From NCBI GenBank assembly GCA_964597575.1, contig CAZQXB010000001.1:660511-702594 (forward strand): a stretch of DNA of 42,084 nucleotides. The letters run 5' to 3'. The notes under the pieces were generated by a model. That model worked only from the letters and a program-made list of their open reading frames with translations, searched no databases and was not told where the DNA came from. Every line of letters starts with the position of its first letter. Within the stretch, counting starts at the first letter, position 1. This stretch comes from an uncultured Gammaproteobacteria bacterium. GTDB lineage: Bacteria > Patescibacteriota > Patescibacteriia > Magasanikbacterales > UBA922. Below are positions 35,640 through 42,084 of the stretch, one piece after another. Position numbers and translations under genes: made by a program.

Positions 35640-36770
35640 TTAACGCCAAGGATCTAACCGTGCAATTTGATGTTCTGTTTGAAAATCCGCCTGAATTCTC
35701 TCCCGTGCAACCTGACCCATGTCTTTCGCAAAGCCAGGATTCGTGAGAAATGCCACAATCGCCTCAATCACTTGTTTTTCCTGAAATGTATCAACGACGA
35801 ATCCGGTTTCACCGTGAATAACTGCCTCAGGTACCCCCCCACTTCGCCCAGCCACAGACGGCACCCCAGCTGCCGCGGCCTCGAGAAATACGAGCCCTAA
35901 CCCTTCTTCGAGCCCGTTATCCGGGTGGGTTAAAAGAGCGAAAGTATCGGCCAACCCATAGTAAATTGGAAGCTCTGCATGAGGAATGCTCCCCAAGTAG
36001 CGTACAGCGCCTGCCAAGCGTTTTTCTTCAACAAAACGCAAGAACACTGGCCGTTTCGGTCCGTCGCCAATCACAAGCCACACCGCATTTGGCACACGAC
36101 GGACAATTTCTGGCATCATGCGAAGCAAATGAGGAAATCCCTTGCCGTCAATCAACCGACCAACCGACAGAATAACTTTTTTTCCTTCAAGCGCAAGGGA
36201 AGCACGAAGCGCATTAACCGATTCAGGATTCGGACGATCCAAAAAAAACTGATCGGGACATGGATACACCACCGTTATTTTTTCTTTGAATTCAGGAAAG
36301 CGCTCCAAAAGCCGGCCTTTCAGAGAATCGCTATTCACAACAATCTGCTCCGACGCCCGACCAATTCGCGATACAAGCTTACGCTTCCAAGGCGTCGCCG
36401 CACACATGGCAACATCAGTCCCATGGGAAAAAATAACAAACGGGGTACGGGTTACCAGCTTAACCACATAAGCCACTGTCCCCTCGGGCAAAATGTGATG
36501 GACATAGATCATGTCGGCTTGTATTTTCTTTCTTGCTCGGAGTGTGTGCCACAAAAGCCTGGTCCACCGTGGCCAGACAATCTTCGGCCATAAGAATGGA
36601 CGTCGAATGACGTGGTATTGTCGACGAGCATCCCCAGAGGCAGCTTCCTTATGCGGAGGAACAAGAAGAGTGACCTGTGATTTTAAGGCATCGCCGAGCG
36701 CTTTCACATAACTTGCGATACCACCAACCATCGGTGGAAATTCGAGCGAAATCATGAGGATTTTTTTCAT
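35640..36770 (-). CDS. Glycosyltransferase family 4
   Basis: FPPMVGGI, SHGTDV, SVGRL, EGLGLVFLEAAAAGVP, GGVPEAV. Confidence 0.93.
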   Translation of the reverse strand: MKKILMISLEFPPMVGGIASYVKALGDALKSQVTLLVPPHKEAASGDARRQYHVIRRPFLWPKIVWPRWTRLLWHTLRARKKIQADMIYVHHILPEGTVAYVVKLVTRTPFVIFSHGTDVAMCAATPWKRKLVSRIGRASEQIVVNSDSLKGRLLERFPEFKEKITVVYPCPDQFFLDRPNPESVNALRASLALEGKKVILSVGRLIDGKGFPHLLRMMPEIVRRVPNAVWLVIGDGPKRPVFLRFVEEKRLAGAVRYLGSIPHAELPIYYGLADTFALLTHPDNGLEEGLGLVFLEAAAAGVPSVAGRSGGVPEAVIHGETGFVVDTFQEKQVIEAIVAFLTNPGFAKDMGQVARERIQADFQTEHQIARLDPWR

Positions 36771-36780
36771 AACGAAAAAA

Positions 36781-38205
36781 TTATCGCTGTATCATGGCCC
36801 GGACTTGAGCGAGGTCAGCTTTTGTTACGACTCCCGTAAGGAAAAGAAGCGCAGGATATACGAGAACCCCACAAGCAACGCCTACAAAGACATGAATATG
36901 CGCGGTGAGTGAAACCGCAACCGCCATACCAAGAGCCGAAACTGCAACCCGAGCCATAAACCAAAGAATGTTTCGGTGTGGTAAAGAGAGAATGTGGGAG
37001 ACAACTCCGTACCCCACAAAAAAGAGAACACTATTTCCAACGACTGCGGCAATAGCTGCTCCACGGACTTCGAATTGAGGAATGAGCCACACATTCATAC
37101 CAACATTCACGAGCAAGGCAAGAGCCGTAATTTTAGTCTGAACCAACTGTTTATTACTTGCGTTAATACAGGCTCCCACCGGAAAACTAAGAAAAGAAAA
37201 AAGCAAACTCAGCATGAGAATTTTAAGTGGAACAATTGCCGGAGTGTATTCGCGCCCAAAAAGAAGAGGGACCAGTGAATCCGCAATCGTAATAATACCA
37301 ACCACGATTGGAGTAACGGCCAAGGTGAGATACTTTATGCTTTGAATGAACAAAAGCGTCATTGCATTTTTGTCTTTCAAAAAATATTCACTGAGCCGAG
37401 GGTACACCGCTGCCACAAGTGCAAGTGGAATAAACTGAAAAGCGTACGTTATTTTATACGGCACACTATACAAGCCGACCGCTTTCTCCCCTACCATTTT
37501 CGAAAGGAGAATCGTATCGGTATACGAATAAAGACGCGCAAACACTGCGGCGAGGGCAAAGGGAATGGCAACTCTCGCCCAGGTTTTAATAAGCATTGTA
37601 TCCCACAGCGGACGAAGCGAAATATGATAGGTACGACGAAGTGTGTAGCTCGCATAGAGGGCGTTCAACATGCTTGGAACCGTAAACGCGAGCATAAGAA
37701 AAATAAGAGGCAGCCTCAAATAAAGTGCGACGCCCCCAAGAACAAGGGTAATACACTGACTTCCGACCATTGCCGTAGCCTCAAACCGTAAATGTCCGAG
37801 AGCCCGAAGAGCTCCGTACAAACTGAGGTGAAAGGAATCAAAAAGCATTGTGATCCCCGACAAATAGATGAGTGTATTTACTTCTTTTGCATACCCAAAA
37901 AACTGCAGAGCAATAATCATGATAAGGTATGTGGCCACACCTAAAAAAAGTTTTACCCCGAGAATGTTTCCTAAAAATTGCGATATTTTTTCCTGAGCCC
38001 GGGCTGCTTCGCGCACAAAGACATTCGTGAGCCCAAGATCAATCAAAACCACAAACAGAGTCGTAAACGACAAAGCCAAAACATAGCGGCCAGTATCCTC
38101 TACTCCGAGATTTCGCGCAACGAGCGTAAAATAGACAAAAGCCACGATCTTTTGACCAATCGAGGCCGCGGTCATGAACGCTGTATTTTTAGCAACAGTT
38201 CCCAT
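36781..38205 (-). CDS. Oligosaccharide flippase (Wzx/MOP family)
   Basis: VAKNT, ARNLG...GRY, DLGL, DTILLS, VGLYSVPYKI, many TM segments. Start MGTV at 38205. Confidence 0.9.
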   Translation of the reverse strand: MGTVAKNTAFMTAASIGQKIVAFVYFTLVARNLGVEDTGRYVLALSFTTLFVVLIDLGLTNVFVREAARAQEKISQFLGNILGVKLFLGVATYLIMIIALQFFGYAKEVNTLIYLSGITMLFDSFHLSLYGALRALGHLRFEATAMVGSQCITLVLGGVALYLRLPLIFLMLAFTVPSMLNALYASYTLRRTYHISLRPLWDTMLIKTWARVAIPFALAAVFARLYSYTDTILLSKMVGEKAVGLYSVPYKITYAFQFIPLALVAAVYPRLSEYFLKDKNAMTLLFIQSIKYLTLAVTPIVVGIITIADSLVPLLFGREYTPAIVPLKILMLSLLFSFLSFPVGACINASNKQLVQTKITALALLVNVGMNVWLIPQFEVRGAAIAAVVGNSVLFFVGYGVVSHILSLPHRNILWFMARVAVSALGMAVAVSLTAHIHVFVGVACGVLVYPALLFLTGVVTKADLAQVRAMIQR

Positions 38206-38215
38206 AGATAGACAT

Positions 38216-38244
38216 ATTGTAGGCGAGAAACCGTGTCTTGACAA
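38216..38244 (-). promoter_or_regulatory. Promoter of the flippase-GT4-GT2 operon
   Basis: TTGTCA-17 bp-TACAAT. Confidence 0.7.
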
Positions 38245-38275
38245 TATCAATCATGCGGACAAAAACAACAGAAAC

Positions 38276-38304
38276 AAAAAGCCACCATTGTTTGGTGACT
38301 TTTT
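38276..38304 (-). terminator. Terminator of the ribosomal protein operon
   Basis: AAAAAG.CACCA-loop-TGGTG.CTTTTT just after rpsI. Confidence 0.65.
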
Positions 38305-38318
38305 GCTTTGAGATACAA

Positions 38319-38714
38319 TTAACGCTTTCTCCATTGATGACCACGACGAGCTTTGTACTTACCAAATTTCTTACGTTCTTTCGCACGTGGATCACGAGTT
38401 AAGAATCCTTCAGCTTTCAGCGCTGGGCGGAAATCTGGGTTCCAAGCAATGAGGGCACGAGCAATTCCGTGTCGAACTGCATCAGCTTGGCCTTTAGGGC
38501 CACCGCCGGCTACTTTGACTGACACATCAATCACTTCATTTTTACCAGTCACAGTAAGTGGGGCGCGAACGATATCTTGCCAGATTTGTACTGGAAAATA
38601 TTCATTCATTTCACGACCATTCACGGTAATGATACCTTTACCGGCTTCAATGCGCACACGAGCTGCCGCAGTTTTGCGGCGACCAACAGCGCGAGTTTTT
38701 GTTTCTGTGCTCAT
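38319..38714 (-). CDS. rpsI: 30S ribosomal protein S9
   Basis: GRRKTAAARV, GGGPKGQADA, LTRDPRAKERKK. Confidence 0.98.
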   Translation of the reverse strand: MSTETKTRAVGRRKTAAARVRIEAGKGIITVNGREMNEYFPVQIWQDIVRAPLTVTGKNEVIDVSVKVAGGGPKGQADAVRHGIARALIAWNPDFRPALKAEGFLTRDPRAKERKKFGKYKARRGHQWRKR

Positions 38715-38722
38715 AAGGACAT

Positions 38723-39088
38723 TTAGGCTTTAACTGAGAGACGAAGAAGCATCTTCTCGCGGTGCTTGTTTTTTGGAAGCATTCCGTAAACAGCATGTTT
38801 CACCACCTCAGTTGGGTCTTTTTTAAATACTGTAGCCATAGCAACCGTTTTCAAACCACCTGGGTGCATGCTGTGGTGACGGAAATCCTTCTGCGCAAAT
38901 TTCTTTCCGGTAAACTTCACTTTTGAAGCATTGACAATTGACACCATATCTCCGTTATCGAGGTGTGGTGCAAAATCTGGTTTATGCTTTCCACGAAGGA
39001 TAGCTGCCGCAGCTGACGCAAGGCGGCCAACGGCCATACCTGTCGCATCAATTTCTTGGGTTTTTCTTTGAATCGAAGTCATACTCAT
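38723..39088 (-). CDS. rplM: 50S ribosomal protein L13
   Basis: IDATG..VGRLAS, LRGKHKP, HLDNGD, GMLPKN. Start at 39088 or 39082 rather than 39166. Confidence 0.96.
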   Translation of the reverse strand: MSMTSIQRKTQEIDATGMAVGRLASAAAAILRGKHKPDFAPHLDNGDMVSIVNASKVKFTGKKFAQKDFRHHSMHPGGLKTVAMATVFKKDPTEVVKHAVYGMLPKNKHREKMLLRLSVKA

Positions 39089-39089
39089 A

Positions 39090-39440
39090 TTACACAAGTT
39101 CCATGACCGCCATATGAGCGGCATCCTTGCGGCGCTGGCCGATCTTTGTGATGCGGGTATAGCCACCAGGTCGTTCTTTATATTTCGGAGCTACTTCTCC
39201 AAAGAGCTTTGTTACGGCTTTGTCGGTGTACAAAATAGTAAGCACCTTTCGGCGTGACACAAGCGTGTTTGCTTTTGCAAGCGTGATAAGTGGCTCAACC
39301 ACACCACGGAGTGCTTTGGCTTTTGCCAAAGTGGTTTCGATGCGATTATGTAAAATCAAACTCTCAGCGAGGTTGCGCATCATGGCTTTTCTAGGCGCTG
39401 CTTCGCGACCTAATGTTATTTTTTTGCTTCGGTGTCTCAT
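39090..39440 (-). CDS. rplQ: 50S ribosomal protein L17
   Basis: MRHR, IETTLAKAK, RPGGYTRI. Confidence 0.98.
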   Translation of the reverse strand: MRHRSKKITLGREAAPRKAMMRNLAESLILHNRIETTLAKAKALRGVVEPLITLAKANTLVSRRKVLTILYTDKAVTKLFGEVAPKYKERPGGYTRITKIGQRRKDAAHMAVMELV

Positions 39441-39459
39441 AAAATCCCTAGTATATCAA

Positions 39460-40272
39460 TTACGCTTTTTTCTTAGTTGCCTTTTTCTTTGGCTTCTCTT
39501 CCTTTACTTCGCCATTCTCTCCGTCTTCCACCTCTTCAGGTGCTGACTCGATGGCAGCAGGCATTGCCTCTTCAGCAGCAGCCGCTGCAGAATTGACGAT
39601 GAGAGCAAAGTGATCCATAAGGATCTTTGTGGCCTCGCGAACTGCAGCTTCTGGGCTAATCGTACCATTCGTTTCAATCGTCAGCTTCAATTTTTCAAAG
39701 TCGGTTACATCTCCTACACGAGTAAGAGATACATCGTACCCAACATCGCGAATTGGAGTATAGAGTGAATCAATCGCAATGGTACCAAGGTCGTACTGTT
39801 CGGTATTTTTCTCACTTGCTGGAACGTAACCACGGCCATGGCCAATGGTTACTTCCATTTCAAAGGTGATTTTGTCATCCGTAATGTTTGCAATGACCAA
39901 ATCCTTATTCATGATTTCAACATCTGCATTCTGAGCAAAATCAGCAGCAGTTACTGGGCCTTTGCCTTTTTTTGACAAGGTTAAAGTAACTGGCGTCTCA
40001 CTGAATGACTTCGCTGCCACTTGTTTCAAGTTTAAAATAATTTCGATCATGTCTTCCTGAACTCCAGGAATAGCCGAAAATTCGTGCTGTGCGCCATTCA
40101 CTTTTACCGATTCAATGGCAGCTCCAGGGAGTGACGACAAGAGAACGCGACGAAGCGCATTTCCAATAGTCGTACCATACCCCTGCTGACATGGTGAGAT
40201 AAGAAGCTGACCAACATGAGGCTTGCTCGTCGGTACAAACTCAACGCTTGTCGGCAGATGAATGTGTTCCAT
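39460..40272 (-). CDS. rpoA: RNA polymerase alpha subunit lacking the alpha-CTD
   Basis: GYGTTIGNALRRVLLSS, HEFSAIPGVQED, GRGYV, IDSLYTP; ends after the NTD in an Ala/Glu/Lys-rich tail. Confidence 0.97.
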   Translation of the reverse strand: MEHIHLPTSVEFVPTSKPHVGQLLISPCQQGYGTTIGNALRRVLLSSLPGAAIESVKVNGAQHEFSAIPGVQEDMIEIILNLKQVAAKSFSETPVTLTLSKKGKGPVTAADFAQNADVEIMNKDLVIANITDDKITFEMEVTIGHGRGYVPASEKNTEQYDLGTIAIDSLYTPIRDVGYDVSLTRVGDVTDFEKLKLTIETNGTISPEAAVREATKILMDHFALIVNSAAAAAEEAMPAAIESAPEEVEDGENGEVKEEKPKKKATKKKA

Positions 40273-40298
40273 AGAAAAAGAAAATGAAAAGCGAGAAA

Positions 40299-40919
40299 TT
40301 AGCGAGCTGAAAAGTATTCGATAATCAATTTGGCATCGAATACCTTGTCTACGTCTGTTGATGCTGGTTTACTGGTAACTTTTCCAGTCATTTTCGCCGC
40401 ATCGAACGTAATCCATGATGGTAATTCTTTTGGCGCGCGGGTATCTAACCCGTCAAAAAGTTTCTTTTTCTGTTTATTTGGCTTTACGGTAATTATATCA
40501 CCAATCTTCACGGTATGCGATGGGATATCTAATTTCACCCCATTTACCATGAACATGCCGTGAGTTACCATTTGGCGAGCCTGAGCACGGGTGTTTGCAA
40601 AACCAAGGCGGTACACGGTGTTATCAAGACGCATTTCAAGCAACTCAAGAAGATGAGTTTCTGAGTTTCCCTTCTGACGAGTTGCCTCAGCCACATAGCG
40701 AGTAAGCTGACGTTCACGGATACCGTACACAATCTTCGCTTTCTGTTTTTCAAGAAGCTGTTTCGCAAAGGTTGATTGCGTGGTACGGCGCTTTTTTGGA
40801 CCATGAACCCCTGGTGGCTGTGCTAAACGTTTCGCAACTTTTGCTGGATTCGTTTTGAGCCCCAAGTTAACGCCAAAGCGGCGAGAAAGTTTATTTGTTG
40901 GACCAGTATATCTACCCAT
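40299..40919 (-). CDS. rpsD: 30S ribosomal protein S4
   Basis: PPGVHG, QLLEKQK, LEMRLDN, ARQMVTHG, IIEYFSAR. Confidence 0.97.
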   Translation of the reverse strand: MGRYTGPTNKLSRRFGVNLGLKTNPAKVAKRLAQPPGVHGPKKRRTTQSTFAKQLLEKQKAKIVYGIRERQLTRYVAEATRQKGNSETHLLELLEMRLDNTVYRLGFANTRAQARQMVTHGMFMVNGVKLDIPSHTVKIGDIITVKPNKQKKKLFDGLDTRAPKELPSWITFDAAKMTGKVTSKPASTDVDKVFDAKLIIEYFSAR

Positions 40920-40937
40920 AGGAGAAAGAATCGTGTA

Positions 40938-41348
40938 TTAGACGCGACGGCGCTTCCGAGGTCGGCAGCCGTTATGTGGAATAGGAGTCACATCTTTAAT
41001 AGAAGTAACATTGACGCCATTCAAGTTAAAGGCACGAATCGCTCCTTCACGTCCGCCACCAATACCTTTGACAAACACCTTTACCTCTTTGAGGCCAGCG
41101 TCCTTAATGCCATCAAGAACCTTCTTCACCACCTGGCCGGCAGCGTATGGAGTCGCTTTTTTTGGACCCTTGAAGCCAACCATACCAGCACTTGCCCAAC
41201 CCATCACATCACCATTCTGATCTGTTACGGAAATAATGGTGTTGTTGAATGTTGCTTGGATATATGCACGACCAGAAGAAACGAGCTTCATGGCTACTTT
41301 CTTTTTATTACTTTTTGGTGCCTTCACGGCAGAAACTGCATCTGTCAT
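40938..41348 (-). CDS. rpsK: 30S ribosomal protein S11
   Basis: [39 protein letters not shown]. Confidence 0.98.
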   Translation of the reverse strand: MTDAVSAVKAPKSNKKKVAMKLVSSGRAYIQATFNNTIISVTDQNGDVMGWASAGMVGFKGPKKATPYAAGQVVKKVLDGIKDAGLKEVKVFVKGIGGGREGAIRAFNLNGVNVTSIKDVTPIPHNGCRPRKRRRV

Positions 41349-41369
41349 ATAGATAAAACGAGAAAGTCG

Positions 41370-41756
41370 TTAGGTCTTTTGGCCGGTCAACTTGCGACCT
41401 GAGGCTGCACTAATGCGCTTATTGCCACGCACGGTACGTGAGTTTGTTTTCGTGCGCTGTCCGCGAACAGGCAAGTGTTTCATATGGCGCACACCACGAT
41501 ATGATTTAATATCTTTGAGGCGCTTAATGTTCCCAGAAACCACACGGCGTAAGTTTCCTTCTGTCGTGTATTCCCCTTCCACGATGCTGCGGATCTTGTC
41601 TTCCTGATCGTTCGACAAATCTTTGACGCGAACGGTATCAGCAACCTTCGCAATTTCCAAAATCTTTTTTGCACTCGTTTGACCAATACCGTAAATATAG
41701 GTCAGAGCGATGATGACACGTTTTTCTCGAGGGATAGTAACTCCGGCAACACGCAT
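41370..41756 (-). CDS. rpsM: 30S ribosomal protein S13
   Basis: [34 protein letters not shown]. Start at 41756. Confidence 0.98.
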   Translation of the reverse strand: MRVAGVTIPREKRVIIALTYIYGIGQTSAKKILEIAKVADTVRVKDLSNDQEDKIRSIVEGEYTTEGNLRRVVSGNIKRLKDIKSYRGVRHMKHLPVRGQRTKTNSRTVRGNKRISAASGRKLTGQKT

Positions 41757-41776
41757 ATATAAGTGTTTCAAATTGG

Positions 41777-41914
41777 TTAGGCAGCTTTGACACGCTGTTT
41801 GGTACCCTGGCGCTGTTTATGGCGAGGATTGGCACAAATAATATGTACCACGCCACGACGGCGAACTACCTTGCATTTTGCGCAACGAACTTTTACTGAG
41901 GCCTGTACTTTCAT
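41777..41914 (-). CDS. rpmJ: 50S ribosomal protein L36 with an 8-aa C-terminal extension
   Basis: [45 protein letters not shown]; Zn-binding C/C/C/H form. Confidence 0.96.
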   Translation of the reverse strand: MKVQASVKVRCAKCKVVRRRGVVHIICANPRHKQRQGTKQRVKAA

Positions 41915-42019
41915 ACTCGTATAAAACAAAAATACCAACCACTGCCGCGATATCATTGTTTCTCCAACGAGGGAAAAACTCCACCGCACCGGTTGATACA
42001 CCTGAGTTTAGGTATAAAT

Positions 42020-42084
42020 TTAATAACGGTAGGTAATACGACCTTTGGTAAGGTCATACGGGGTCATTTCAACCTTTACTTCGT
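42020..42084 (-). CDS. infA: Translation initiation factor IF-1, 3' end only
   Basis: Hand translation EVKVEMTPYDLTKGRITYRY-stop; canonical position before rpmJ. Confidence 0.93.
   Translation of the reverse strand, partial: EVKVEMTPYDLTKGRITYRY

Overview
Low-GC, gene-dense bacterial window in standard genetic code. Gene content and order look like Patescibacteria/CPR (Parcubacteria-like); this is an inference. It contains (1) an accessory region at the left end: partial copA, csoR, and a large serine recombinase (LSR) abutting tRNA-Ser(GGA); (2) a minus-strand housekeeping run (lgt, double-LOG, methyltransferase, ftsW); (3) orphan genes around rpmA, each with its own promoter and terminator; (4) a complete F1Fo ATP synthase operon with a cyclophilin between atpD and atpC; (5) tatD, capA-like, cvpA, metG, rsmI, a multidomain DD-carboxypeptidase, LigB-like, priA, def, fmt; (6) a surface-glycan locus; (7) the infA-rpmJ-rpsM-rpsK-rpsD-rpoA-rplQ-rplM-rpsI cluster. 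The strongest signal is a perfect 120-bp inverted repeat (2535-2654 / 4056-4175) flanking the LSR gene. The repeat is itself LSR coding sequence (codons 461-500), and each copy continues in frame into a different C-terminal tail. The right copy reads antisense through tRNA-Ser (41 aa); the left copy reads into a short tail, CVLDEVRMYFGKNPQDFD (18 aa). Inverting the 1.4-kb interior would swap the recombinase C-terminus and flip it from antisense to sense relative to tRNA/lgt transcription. Inversion is a hypothesis; the repeat and in-frame tails are directly visible. Other notable items: RpoA lacking the alpha-CTD, PriA lacking helicase motifs, the lgt stop codon inside the tRNA, a structured rpmA leader, and an extended L36.
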